A stretch of DNA of 64,000 bases, taken from positions 128,884-192,883 of the forward strand of contig CBDAQV010000004.1 of NCBI GenBank assembly GCA_965199265.1. Reading direction: 5' to 3'. This DNA comes from Alphaproteobacteria bacterium (GTDB lineage Bacteria > Pseudomonadota > Alphaproteobacteria > CALMVH01). The notes under the pieces are model-generated. The model was not told the DNA's origin. It saw nothing but the letters and a program-made list of their open reading frames with translations, and did no database searches. Position numbers and translations under genes: made by a program. This document shows, piece after piece, positions 18,681-28,428 of the stretch. Position 1 is the first letter of the stretch. Each line of letters opens with the position of its first letter.

Positions 18681-20242
18681 GGGCAGGCCACCGGTGCGTT
18701 ATGGTCGGAAAGCACGGCGTACCTCCGGTCAGCGGTCAGGGCGACGGCGACCAGGGCGCGCCCCGGCCGGCACGCCGCCGGCAATGTGAGCGCGAAGCCG
18801 CTGTCCAGCCGCGCCCGATGCTGCCGGCGAATATCGAAGCGCGGTACGGTCATGATCGTGCTGCCCAGTAAAGCCCCGTCCTGGAACAGCGCCACGAAGA
18901 CACGGCTCGCATGCTTGCCGCCGTCGATCGCCCAGCCCGACGCCCCAAGGCCCGAGGAGGTCCAGGCGACCGTGTCGAGGCTGCCATCAAGTTCCGGCGC
19001 GGGTCGCAAGCCTGCTCGGGCTGCCACCTCGTCGGCCTGCCATGGGGTTGCGATGCGGCCGTTGCCTGCAAGGCTTCTGGCCAGGTTGGCGGCGATAACG
19101 GTGTTCTCGCGGTCCAGAACGTCGTTGCGGTACTGGAAAAGAACAAGGCTCACGAAAGCGGCAACGTACAGTGTCACGCCGCCGCGGAGCACAAGGGGAG
19201 AGATCCTGCGGAGCAAGGTCTTGACCTGGCGGTAGGAGGCAAGGTCCAAGGTGCCGAGCAGGGCGCCCGTGGCCAGCGCGCAGGCGATGGCAGCGGGTAC
19301 CAGAACCCAGGCCGGTAACTCCGGAAGCTGCGTGTAGACCAGCCTGATCACCGGAACATGGCAAAGGTAGAGCGCGTAGCTGTAATCGCCGCAGCGCGCG
19401 AAGCACCGGCCGACCGCACCGCTGCCAAACTCGGGCCGCAGCGCCGACAGCCGTATCGCAGCGGCGACGATCATAGCGCCCCCGATCCCCGCAAGCCATT
19501 GGTAAAAAGCAGAGTCCGGAGTTGCCGCGGCCCAGGCCCACACGCCCAGCCCTGCAAGCGCGAGCGGCAGGGGGCGGCAAGCGCTTCTCGCAACGGCCGG
19601 AACCAGCAGCCCGCCCGCCATGGCGACGTTGTCGGAAACGGTCAGCTTGCCGATCAGGAAGCCGGGGTGGACAAGCCGGATCAGGTCGCAGGCGGCAAGC
19701 ACCATCAGCCATAGCGCGGCGATACGGCCGATCGACGGCGCCCATTTCAGCAAGCCGGCCGCGAAGACCGAAACGTAGAAGGTGACTTCGCATACCAGCG
19801 TCCATTCGACGCCGAGCGGGTAGGCCACGTTGCCCATCGGAACGAGGGTCAGCGCCTTGGGGTCGATCGGCAGCCATTGCCCGCACAGCGTCGCCTGAAC
19901 CCAGTAAGCCGCGACCATGAACAGGAAAGGGGGATAGATCCGGGCGATGCGGTGCGACAGGAAGGGAACGGGTTCCTGCACGCGGATTGCCGTCGCCATC
20001 AGGTAGCCGGAGATGGCGAAGAACAGGCACACGCCGAAATGTCCCCAGCTGCGCGGAAAGAGCGCTGTAACTGCTTCGCGGTGAAGGATGAGGCCTTGGT
20101 ACATTCCGGCGTGGTGCAGTAGCACCATCAGCGCCGCCGCCGCGCGCAGCCACTGGATCGGCAGGTTGCGCTGCCCGCCCGAACGGGAATGCGGGACCAC
20201 GTCGCAGACCGCCGCCCCGCTAAATGCCCGGGGTCCGCTCAC
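18677..20242 (-). CDS. acyltransferase 3 family protein, paralog 2 of 4
   Basis: It has the same architecture as paralog 1. The start is probably the GTG at 20242, which overlaps the paralog 3 stop (GTGA). The ORF-track start at 20335 would overlap the upstream gene by 97 nt. Confidence 0.7.
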   Translation of the reverse strand: MSGPRAFSGAAVCDVVPHSRSGGQRNLPIQWLRAAAALMVLLHHAGMYQGLILHREAVTALFPRSWGHFGVCLFFAISGYLMATAIRVQEPVPFLSHRIARIYPPFLFMVAAYWVQATLCGQWLPIDPKALTLVPMGNVAYPLGVEWTLVCEVTFYVSVFAAGLLKWAPSIGRIAALWLMVLAACDLIRLVHPGFLIGKLTVSDNVAMAGGLLVPAVARSACRPLPLALAGLGVWAWAAATPDSAFYQWLAGIGGAMIVAAAIRLSALRPEFGSGAVGRCFARCGDYSYALYLCHVPVIRLVYTQLPELPAWVLVPAAIACALATGALLGTLDLASYRQVKTLLRRISPLVLRGGVTLYVAAFVSLVLFQYRNDVLDRENTVIAANLARSLAGNGRIATPWQADEVAARAGLRPAPELDGSLDTVAWTSSGLGASGWAIDGGKHASRVFVALFQDGALLGSTIMTVPRFDIRRQHRARLDSGFALTLPAACRPGRALVAVALTADRRYAVLSDHNAPVACP

Positions 20243-21834
20243 CGGCACGCTGGCGGCGACCGAGGGCCGGGCAGGAGTGCGTACCGCTTGTCGGCGGTCA
20301 CGGCGAAAACGTCCACGTGGATGCCCGGAAGGCACGCGGCCTTGCCGGTGAACGCAAACCCGCCGTATCGGGCGGAATGATAGGCGCGCCGCACATCCGG
20401 CCGGCTTTCACCTGTGACAACCGCGGTCAGGAAGCGCCCTCCCTGATAGGCGACCACGGCAAAGGGCGAGGGGTGCCTGCGATCGTAATCGACGGACCAG
20501 CCGCTGAGCGTCAGAGTGGGGCCGTCCCACCGTTCCTGCTCGACATTGCCGAGCAACGTTTGCGAGCGGACGAAGCCGGCCTTTTCCAGAGCTGAAACCG
20601 AATCCGTCGCCGGGGGGCTTGCGTCGCGGATCAGGGCAACAGCCGCGTTCGTTTGCCGGGCGCGCACGGCGGCATCGAGCGGCAGCAGGCTTGCCGAAAC
20701 GGAAACGGACAGGAAAATGCAAAGGTACAGGAGGACGAACGCCCGCACGGCCCAGATGTTCGTGTTCGTGATCAGGTGCTTCGAGCGCCGGTACAGGGAC
20801 ACTTCCGCCTGTCCAGCCAATGCTGCAACCAGAAGGCTGGCGACGACCCCCAACGGCCACAGCACGGCCGGCGGCGCAAGGCCAGACAGGGTGTAGACGG
20901 CCAGGATAACCGGAACGTGCACGAGGTAGAGCGCATAGCTGTAATCGGCGGCCTTCGCGCAACCGCGGCCAAGGCGTGTATCGCCGAACTCTGGCCGGCG
21001 CGCCGATTGCGCGACGGCTCCCGCAAGGATCAGAGCCGATCCCGACCCCAGTAGCCAGCGCATGCCGTCAATCGTATGTACCCGGAGCAGACCCACGAGG
21101 CATAGGAAGAACCCGGCGGCGGCCAGGGGAAGCGCCGGCGGCTTGCGCTCGATCAGCGAAGGTATCAGCATTCCCGCGGCAAGCGGCATCGCCGCAGGAT
21201 GCCGCAGGATCCATCCCAGGTAGATCCGGGCGGTTTCGCCATCTGGATGAAGGCAAGTCTGGCGGGCAAGGATCACAAGCCAGAGCCCTGCGATCCACGG
21301 CAGCCACCCTGAAAGCCGCAGCAAGCCCGCGAAGAAGAGGCTCACATAGAACGTGACCTCGAACATCAACGACCATTCGACGCCCAGCGGACCCCCTGTC
21401 TGACCGACCGGGGTCAGGAGGAAACTGCGCAGCTGGGGAATATCCACCGCTCCGGCAGGCCAGCTGATCGCGTAGCAAAGCGCATACACCAGCCACAGCA
21501 GCGGGTAGATCCGGACAATGCGATGCGCCAGGAACGGGACAGGCGCCTGTACCCGGATCGCCGTTGCCATCAGGTACCCGGAGACGGCGAAGAACAGGCA
21601 TACCCCGAACATGCCCGCGCTGTCGCCGAACAGTTTCAGGAACGCTCTGTCGTGCAGGCGGTCACCGGCGAAGTACGAAGCGTGATACAGCAGGACGCAC
21701 AGCGCGGCCGTGGCGCGCAGCCACTGGATCTGGAGGTTCTTGGGCGTGCCGCCCCGCTCCGCCCGGCGCTCCGGGTGCGGGACCGCGCTTTCCACAGGGT
21801 TTTCGGCATCGACGGCGAAGGGGATGGCGCTCAC
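20239..21834 (-). CDS. acyltransferase 3 family protein, paralog 3 of 4
   Basis: KNLQIQWLRATAAL...FGVCLFFAVSGYLMATAIRVQ is followed by a C-terminal domain with GWSVD...AYQGG...terminal PPACR. Confidence 0.8.
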   Translation of the reverse strand: MSAIPFAVDAENPVESAVPHPERRAERGGTPKNLQIQWLRATAALCVLLYHASYFAGDRLHDRAFLKLFGDSAGMFGVCLFFAVSGYLMATAIRVQAPVPFLAHRIVRIYPLLWLVYALCYAISWPAGAVDIPQLRSFLLTPVGQTGGPLGVEWSLMFEVTFYVSLFFAGLLRLSGWLPWIAGLWLVILARQTCLHPDGETARIYLGWILRHPAAMPLAAGMLIPSLIERKPPALPLAAAGFFLCLVGLLRVHTIDGMRWLLGSGSALILAGAVAQSARRPEFGDTRLGRGCAKAADYSYALYLVHVPVILAVYTLSGLAPPAVLWPLGVVASLLVAALAGQAEVSLYRRSKHLITNTNIWAVRAFVLLYLCIFLSVSVSASLLPLDAAVRARQTNAAVALIRDASPPATDSVSALEKAGFVRSQTLLGNVEQERWDGPTLTLSGWSVDYDRRHPSPFAVVAYQGGRFLTAVVTGESRPDVRRAYHSARYGGFAFTGKAACLPGIHVDVFAVTADKRYALLPGPRSPPACR

Positions 21835-21890
21835 CCGGCGGCAGGTAGCACGGCTTTCCTCCGGCGATCAATACGCGCCACCCTCGTTGC

Positions 21891-23483
21891 TCAACAAGGC
21901 GGGGGCAAGCGGCTGGGCAGCACGGAAAACCGCTTGGTCGCCGTGAAGGCGAGCGCGATGACCGGTGCGCCCGCGCTGCAGGAAACAGGCTGCTGGATCA
22001 GGTAACCGGGCCGGCCCGCATGGTGGTAGACGCGTTGCACGTCGCGCCGTGGCAGGTCGGCCAGCCCGCTGCCGATCAGGCGCCCCCCCTGGAAAAGGGC
22101 GATCGCGAGCGCTTCATGCTGTTTGCCGGTATCGGCCGCCCAGCCGCGAACGGTCAGCTCGCCGCCGTTCCGTTCGGCAAGCTCCACATTGCCCAGGATC
22201 GCGTCGGAGCGGGCAAGACCGGCCTCCGTCGCCGCTTCGGCGGCATCCTGCGGGCCAAGGACCGCGTTTCTGCCAGCCAGGAACTGCAGGAAGGGATGGG
22301 CCTCGTCCAGGCGGCGTTGGGCCGCATGCCGGGCGTAGCTGGCCTGAAAGGCGGCAAGGGCGAACACAAGGAGGTAGGCCAGCGTCACGTTTCGAACGAA
22401 CGGAAGCGACGCCCGGGTCAGCGCGGCTTTCAGGCGTTTGTACACCGTCATGTCGGCCTTGCCGACCACGGCGCCTGCAAGCAGCGCCGCCGCGATCGCC
22501 AGGAACCACAGCTTCCGTGGCGGGTAGCGTCCCGCCAGCCTGTAAACGGCCAGGATGACAGGCACGTGACACAAGTAGAGCGCATAGCTGTAGTCCCCGC
22601 CGCGGGCGAAGGCCCGGCCGAGCGCGTTGTCGCCGAGGGAAGGCCGCTTTGCCGACAGGCCGACCACCCCGGCGAGGATCAGTGTGGCGCCTATGCCGTA
22701 GAGCCAACGGCTGTGATCGAGGTTCTGCTGCTGCCAGAGTTGCAAGCAGCAGCTTGCCGCCCCCGCGGTGATCCACAGCGCCGGCGAAACGTGCCGGCGC
22801 AGAAGGGTGGGGATCATCAGCCCGCCGGCCAGCGGCACACAGGCGGAGCTGAAAAGGATCTCTCCTATCAGGTAACCGGGACGGGCGTCGTCCGGATGAA
22901 CCCCGCTGGCGATCGCAAGCACGGCCAGCCAGCCGAGCGCGATCCACGGCAAGCGCAAGACCCACCCCATGGCCCCGATCGCAAAGATCGCGACGTAGAA
23001 ACTCACCTCGAAAACCAGGGTCCATTCCACTTGCAGCGGAAAGACCACGGCGCCCGCAGGCACCAGCAACAGCGCGTCGAAATCGACTGAAAACGGCGTG
23101 CCGGCCAGCAATCGTACGGCATAGACGCCGGCGTAAACGGCAAGGAATACCGGGTAGATGCGAACGATCCGGTGCGACAGGAAGGTGGCCGGCGCCTGTA
23201 CCCGGATCGCGGTCGCCATAAGGTAGCCCGAGATCGCAAAGAACAGCGATACGCCGAACAGGCCGCATCGCCCGTCGAAAAGCGTTGCGAAACCGCCAAA
23301 GCGCAGCAGGCTGCCCGCATAGGCCGACGCATGGTAAACCACGACCGTGAAGGCCGCGACGGCACGTAGCCACTGGATCTGCAGGTTCCGCGGCGTGTCG
23401 CCGCGCCCGGCATGTCGCGGCGGGTGCGGGACGGCAGTCTCCACCGCCTGGGTTGTACCCGGCTGGCTATCGATGATGTGCAC
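21891..23483 (-). CDS. acyltransferase 3 family protein, paralog 4 of 4 (first gene of array)
   Basis: RNLQIQWLRAVAAF...FGVSLFFAISGYLMATAIRVQ is followed by a C-terminal domain with GWAAD...ALFQGG...PPPC. Confidence 0.8.
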   Translation of the reverse strand: MHIIDSQPGTTQAVETAVPHPPRHAGRGDTPRNLQIQWLRAVAAFTVVVYHASAYAGSLLRFGGFATLFDGRCGLFGVSLFFAISGYLMATAIRVQAPATFLSHRIVRIYPVFLAVYAGVYAVRLLAGTPFSVDFDALLLVPAGAVVFPLQVEWTLVFEVSFYVAIFAIGAMGWVLRLPWIALGWLAVLAIASGVHPDDARPGYLIGEILFSSACVPLAGGLMIPTLLRRHVSPALWITAGAASCCLQLWQQQNLDHSRWLYGIGATLILAGVVGLSAKRPSLGDNALGRAFARGGDYSYALYLCHVPVILAVYRLAGRYPPRKLWFLAIAAALLAGAVVGKADMTVYKRLKAALTRASLPFVRNVTLAYLLVFALAAFQASYARHAAQRRLDEAHPFLQFLAGRNAVLGPQDAAEAATEAGLARSDAILGNVELAERNGGELTVRGWAADTGKQHEALAIALFQGGRLIGSGLADLPRRDVQRVYHHAGRPGYLIQQPVSCSAGAPVIALAFTATKRFSVLPSRLPPPC

Positions 23484-23645
23484 CGTCCGGCAGGTAGCAC
23501 GCGGCCCCGCAAGCGATCAACAAGCTGGCCCCGCTACGACCGTCCTTCCGGCCGCAAGGCCGCAATCTATGCTGGCGTTGAAGCGACACCATAGGCAAGG
23601 AACCGAAAAAACCGATTGTGGCACTGCCGCGTCAAGGGCTTGCAG

Positions 23646-24233
23646 TCAAGCGTGCCCGGCTTCCTGCGACAGCATCAGCGGGTTGATCCCCAGCCGCTCC
23701 AGCGCGCGTTCCCATTTGTCGTCCAGGGTCGTGTCGAACAGGATGGCCTTCTCCGCCGGAGCGGACAGCCAGCCGTTCGAGCGGATCTCGTCGTCCAGCT
23801 GCCCCGGGCCCCAGCCGGCGTAGCCCAGCGCGAACAGGCTCTGGCTGGGGCCGTGCCCCTCGGCGATGGCGCGCAGGATGTCCAGCGTGCCGGTCACGCC
23901 GATGCCGCCCGACACCAGCATGGTGTCCGAGCGCAGGAAGTCCGTGGAATGCAGCACGAAACCGCGCCCGGACTCGACCGGCCCGCCGAAATGCACCTGC
24001 CGGTCGGCGACGATGTCGCCCGAGGCGATGCCGAGCTGGTTCAGCAGGTCGCTGAAGGTGATGCTGGCGAAGGCGCGGTTGACCACCAGCCCCATCGCCC
24101 CGTCCGCGTTGTGCGAGCAGACGTAAAGCACCGTGCGCTGGAAGCGCGGGTCAAGCATGGTCGGCATCGCGATCAGCATCTGCCCGCCAAGATACCCGTT
24201 CTGTTCGTCCGTCTCGCCCTGTAGCAATGTCAT
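23646..24233 (-). CDS. YqgE/AlgH family protein (UPF0301)
   Basis: LIAMPTMLDPRFQRTVLYVCSHNADGAMGLVVN is the typical YqgE/AlgH signature. Confidence 0.8.
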   Translation of the reverse strand: MTLLQGETDEQNGYLGGQMLIAMPTMLDPRFQRTVLYVCSHNADGAMGLVVNRAFASITFSDLLNQLGIASGDIVADRQVHFGGPVESGRGFVLHSTDFLRSDTMLVSGGIGVTGTLDILRAIAEGHGPSQSLFALGYAGWGPGQLDDEIRSNGWLSAPAEKAILFDTTLDDKWERALERLGINPLMLSQEAGHA

Positions 24234-24306
24234 GATCCGCCTTGTGACCAGACCAATCTAGTGCGCCGGCTCCGGCGTCGCAATCGGTGCGGCGGGAAAA
24301 GGATAG

Positions 24307-24780
24307 CGCGAAACTGATTGCAAGGATGTCCTGATAGGCTGCCGGCCGAAAATTGCCACCCTGCCGGTCGCGGCCAAGCGCGCCAGCAGTGGCAAGACGA
24401 AGATCATCCAGACTCACAACCCGCACTACAATACCGGCGCGTATGACGCGATCAACCGCAGCGAGTTCGAATTAACCGTTAAGCAGTCGCACGAGGCGAC
24501 TAACGGCTCGAACGTCATCAGGAGCAAACTGCCGCCGCATGACATCACGCGCGAAAAGCTGGCCCGCCACGCCCCGACGAGCGTCACCGCGCCCTACACC
24601 TACGCCATCCTGGTGTGGAGCATGATCCTGCAGGCGGTGGTCTGGCGCGACCCGCCGGGGTCACGCACGCTGCTGGGCGCGGCCCTGATCGTCGGCGGCG
24701 CGTTGTACGTCTTCTTTACCGAGCGCCGCCGCAAGCAGGCGTTGGCGGACGCGATGGCGGCAGAGGCGGTGGCGGAGTAG
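24307..24780 (+). pseudogene. 3' remnant of a DMT/EamA-family transporter gene (only the last TM helix and cytoplasmic tail preserved; no start codon)
   Basis: The frame is open from the stop at 24304 to the TAG at 24778-24780. Its C-terminus ...YTYAILVWSMILQAVVWRDPPGSRTLLGAALIVGGALYVFFTERRRKQ resembles the final TM helix of EamA transporters. The upstream part is hydrophilic and contains no ATG. A MITE-like repeat follows immediately. Confidence 0.35.
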
Positions 24781-24787
24781 TCTGGTC

Positions 24788-24873
24788 GTCATCCCGGCCG
24801 TAGCGAAGCGCAGAGCCGGGATCTCCCGGCCAGGCGCACGCGGAACGAGATCCCGGATCAAGTCCGGGATGAC
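24788..24873. repeat. MITE-like palindromic repeat, third copy (inverted orientation relative to 307-512)
   Basis: GTCATCCCGGCCGTAGCGAAGCGCAGAGCCGGGATC is the reverse complement of the 370-403 segment. It carries the TIR GTCATCCCGG...CCGGGATGAC. Confidence 0.55.
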
Positions 24874-24893
24874 ATCCTGGTTTCCGTTCGGTC

Positions 24894-25340
24894 CTACGCA
24901 TTCCGCAGCCGCGCGATCGCGGCGCGGGCCAGTTCGTCGCAACGTTCGTTTTCGGGGTGGCCGGCGTGGCCCTTGACCCATAGCCACTCGACGAGGTGGG
25001 GCGCGGCGGCGGCGTCGAGGCGCTGCCACAAATCCTGGTTCTTGACCGGCGCCTTCGCCGCGGTCTTCCAGCCGCGCGCCTTCCAGCCCTCGATCCACTC
25101 GGACACGCCCTGCTGGACATATTTGCTGTCGGTGGTCAGGCGCACGCGGCAGGGTTTCCTCAGCGCTTCCAGCCCGGCGATCGCCGCCATCAGCTCCATG
25201 CGGTTGTTGGTGGTCTGGCTGTCGCCGCCGCTCAGTTCCTTTTCGCTGTCGCCGAAGCGCAGGATCGCGCCCCAGCCGCCCGGCCCCGGGTTGCCGCTGC
25301 ACGCGCCGTCCGTCCAGATCTCGACCGGTGGAAGCGTCAC
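24894..25340 (-). CDS. rnhA: ribonuclease HI
   Basis: [29 protein letters not shown] and ...[18 protein letters not shown] are canonical RNase H motifs. The GTG start overlaps the thrB stop (GTGA). Confidence 0.9.
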   Translation of the reverse strand: MTLPPVEIWTDGACSGNPGPGGWGAILRFGDSEKELSGGDSQTTNNRMELMAAIAGLEALRKPCRVRLTTDSKYVQQGVSEWIEGWKARGWKTAAKAPVKNQDLWQRLDAAAAPHLVEWLWVKGHAGHPENERCDELARAAIARLRNA

Positions 25341-26301
25341 GCGAACAGGCCATATTCGGCGGGGGATTTCACCCCCTGGTGGAACTTCAGCCGCGACCAG
25401 TACTCCAACGGATCGTGCGGCTTCACGACCGCGCCCGCGGCGGGGTTCAGCCAGTCGAACAAGCGGGTCACGACGATCCGGACGGCCGCGCCGCGCGCCA
25501 GGACCGGCAGGGCGTCGCGTTCCTCCCCGCTAAGCGGGCGGCCCGTCTCGTACCCCGCCACCAGAGCGCGCGCCTTGGTCGAGTTGAACTGCCGGTCGGG
25601 CTCGAAGCACCACGCGTTGATCGCCAGCGCGACGTCGTAGGCAAGCAGGTCGGTGCAGGCGAAGTAGAAGTCGATGATGCCGCTGAACCCGTTGCCCTGG
25701 AAGAAGACATTGTCGGGGAATGGATCGGCGTGAATGACGCCGCGCGGCAGCGTCTCCGGCCAGTTGCCGGCCAGGAAGCCCAGCTCGGCGTCGAGGGCGG
25801 CCGCAAGGCCCGGGGCAACTTCGTCGGCGCGGGCGGATGTCGCCGCCGCCAGGCGGCGCCAGGCGGCGAAGGACAAACTGTTCTCTCTCGAAAGCCCGCT
25901 ATCCGCCGCCGCGTGGTGGAACCGCGCCAGCGCCCCGCCGAACGAGACGCAGTGCGCGCGGGCCGGGCGGCGCACCGAGACGCCGTTGAGAAAGGTCAGC
26001 AGCGTCGCCTCGCGTCCTGCTACCCGGCGCAGCGCGCGGCCGTCGCGCCCTGGAACGGGCAGAGGGCATTCGACTCCCTTGCCCGCCACATGCCGCATCA
26101 GGTCGAGGAAGAAGGGCAGGTCGCGGTCGGCGACGTTGCGCTCGAACAGGGTCAGGATGAACGGTCCCGCCTCTGTCATCAGCAGGAAATTGGAGTTGGA
26201 AACCCCTCGACGATGCCCTTGCACGACAGGAGGTCGCCGACGTCGTACTGCGCGACAAAACCCGACAGGTCATCGTCGGAAAGATCGGTATAAACGGCCA
26301 T
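25337..26301 (-). pseudogene. thrB: homoserine kinase type II (ThrB2, phosphotransferase family), interrupted by a 1-nt deletion in a C4/G4 run at ~26204-26207 (likely sequencing error)
   Basis: The ORF 25337..26224 starts at ...GVSNSNFLL. The authentic N-terminus [33 protein letters not shown] is encoded upstream in another frame from the ATG at 26301. Inserting one G restores the reading frame. Confidence 0.8.
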
Positions 26302-26362
26302 GCCGCTTGTTTAGGGCGGCATGGAATGCGAGGCGAGAGGAAAATCGAGACGGGTACGGCGC

Positions 26363-26794
26363 TTACGTGTTGCATCCATGCGGCTGGGCGCGAATGCTGG
26401 CGCGGTTCAGTATGGCTTCCAGCGCCTTGGGCGCGGCGACAGCGATCGCGTTCGGGTTCAACTCGTCTCCCGCTCCGGCTATCGCTTCCACGAGGTCTCG
26501 CGTTGCCTTGGGGAATTTTCTGACCGCCGCCGGCCTGAAATCCTTTTTCAGCAAGGGAACGACGTCGCTTAGCCGCTGCTCCAGAATTTCTCCAATCACG
26601 CCGGACATTTGAATTTTTGGATTCTGGGCCAGCACCTCGTCACGCGTACAAGCCGCGAGGTAACCGACATAGAATTGATCTGGATTTTCGCCTGTAAAAA
26701 GCTTTATGAATCGGAGCGAGGCCGGTGGCAGGTTCGTGGTTTTACCCCTCAGAATGGGCGCGACGTCCTTCAGGCTTGCAGTAATTTCGTCCAA
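26363..26794 (-). CDS. hypothetical protein (143 aa), moderately lower GC
   Basis: The ORF shows coding-like periodicity. It is divergent from the gcv operon. No family was recognised. Confidence 0.4.
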   Translation of the reverse strand: MDEITASLKDVAPILRGKTTNLPPASLRFIKLFTGENPDQFYVGYLAACTRDEVLAQNPKIQMSGVIGEILEQRLSDVVPLLKKDFRPAAVRKFPKATRDLVEAIAGAGDELNPNAIAVAAPKALEAILNRASIRAQPHGCNT

Positions 26795-26932
26795 TGCTCT
26801 CTCCGTCGGTTCAGAGCCGGATCGTTACCAAAATGTTAAACCGATTGCAATTGGTTCTTTGCAGGCCTTGGAGGCGGAAGAAAGAAAACACGATCTGGTC
26901 TAACCTCCTCGCCGGCGCTAGTTACTAGCGTC

Positions 26933-28048
26933 ATGGACGCGCACCTTCTCCGCACGACGCCCCTGAACGCCCTGCACCGCGAGCTGGGCGCGACGATGGT
27001 CGGGTTCGGCGGCTACGACCTGCCGGTGCATTACCAGGCGGGGATCCTGAAGGAACACGCCCATGTGCGCCGTGCCGCGGGGCTGTTCGACGTGTCGCAC
27101 ATGGGCCAGATACACCTGCGCGGCGAAGCCGTCGCGCAGGGGCTGGAAACGCTGGTGCCCGCCGATGTCGCAGGGCTGAGGGACGGGCAATCGCGTTACG
27201 CCGTGTTCACTACCGAGACCGGCGGCATCATCGACGACCTGATCGTGACGCGCGGCGCGCACGAACTGCTGATGCTGGTCGTCAATGCCGGGGGCAAGGA
27301 GGCCGATCTCGCCCACCTCACGGCCCACCTGACTTCGGGTGTTGACATCGAGTACCTCGACCGTGCCCTGCTGGCGCTCCAGGGGCCGCAAGCCGTTGCC
27401 GTTCTGGCGAACGAAGTGCCGGAAACGTCGTCGATGCCGTTCATGACCGCGCTTGAAGCGCCCCTGTTCGGCGTCGCCGCCGATATCACCCGCAGCGGCT
27501 ACACGGGCGAGGACGGGTTCGAGATCTCGGTCGCCGCCGAGGACGCCGAGCACGTCGCGCGCGCGCTTCTGAAAAACCCCGCCGTGCTGCCCGTAGGCCT
27601 CGGCGCGCGCGACTCGCTGCGGCTCGAGGCGGGGCTTTGCCTGTATGGCCACGATATCCACCTTGCGACCACCCCGGTCGAGGCGGCCCTCGGCTGGAGC
27701 ATCGGCAAGCGCCGCCGGACGGAAGGCGGCTTTAAGGGCGCCGAGACGATCCTCGGCCAACTGGTGCGCGGCGCGGACCGCACCCGAGTCGGGATCCTGC
27801 CTGCCGACCGCGCCCCGGCGCGGGAGGGAACCGAAATCCTGGACGAGGCGGGCGAGGTCGTCGGCGCCGTGACCAGCGGCGGCTTCTCGCCCACGCTCGA
27901 ACGGCCTGTCGCGATGGGCTACGTTCCCGCCGAGCTGGCCGTTCCCGGTACGAAGCTCGGCCTGTCCGTGCGCGGCCGCATCCTGCCCGCCGAGGTGACG
28001 CCGTTGCCGTTCGTTCCCCACCGTTACCACCGCTTGCCAAAGGCATGA
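26933..28048 (+). CDS. gcvT: glycine cleavage system T protein (aminomethyltransferase)
   Basis: Conserved GcvT motifs are present (LFDVSHMGQI, GYTGEDGFEISV, ARDSLRLEAGLCLYGHD). It is the first gene of a coupled gcvT-H-PA-PB operon. Confidence 0.9.
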   Translation: MDAHLLRTTPLNALHRELGATMVGFGGYDLPVHYQAGILKEHAHVRRAAGLFDVSHMGQIHLRGEAVAQGLETLVPADVAGLRDGQSRYAVFTTETGGIIDDLIVTRGAHELLMLVVNAGGKEADLAHLTAHLTSGVDIEYLDRALLALQGPQAVAVLANEVPETSSMPFMTALEAPLFGVAADITRSGYTGEDGFEISVAAEDAEHVARALLKNPAVLPVGLGARDSLRLEAGLCLYGHDIHLATTPVEAALGWSIGKRRRTEGGFKGAETILGQLVRGADRTRVGILPADRAPAREGTEILDEAGEVVGAVTSGGFSPTLERPVAMGYVPAELAVPGTKLGLSVRGRILPAEVTPLPFVPHRYHRLPKA

Positions 28049-28428
28049 TCATGACCGCAAGACACTTCACCCGCGAACACGAATGGATCGAATTGGACGG
28101 CGACATCGGCACCGTCGGCATCACCGAATACGCGCAGAAGAAGCTGGGCGACGTGGTGTTCGTCGAACTGCCGCAGATCGGGCGCGAGCTGGTCAGGGGG
28201 CGCGATGCCGGCGTCGTCGAATCGGTCAAGGCGGCGAGCGAGGTGTTCTCGCCGGTGGACGGCGTGGTGACAGAGGTGAACGAGGCGCTGGATGACACCC
28301 CGGCTCTGGTCAACAGCGAGCCGGAAAGCACCGGCTGGTTCTTTCGCCTGCGCGTTTCCGACGCCGAGCAGGTGATGGCCCTGATGGACGAGACCGCCTA
28401 CAAGGCGTTCGTCGCGGGCGCTTCATGA
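28045..28428 (+). CDS. gcvH: glycine cleavage system H protein (lipoyl carrier)
   Basis: [35 protein letters not shown]...ESVKAASEV contains the lipoyl-lysine motif. There is an ATGA overlap with gcvT. Confidence 0.9.
   Translation: MIMTARHFTREHEWIELDGDIGTVGITEYAQKKLGDVVFVELPQIGRELVRGRDAGVVESVKAASEVFSPVDGVVTEVNEALDDTPALVNSEPESTGWFFRLRVSDAEQVMALMDETAYKAFVAGAS

Noticed and set aside
26795-26932. Possible glycine riboswitch upstream of gcvT
   Set aside because: Glycine riboswitches commonly precede gcvT. However, the 138-nt leader lacks the conserved GGAGAG...CACCGAAGG...CUCUGGAGAG aptamer cores; only a short GGAGG/CCTCC pairing is present. Without a covariance-model scan I cannot support it.
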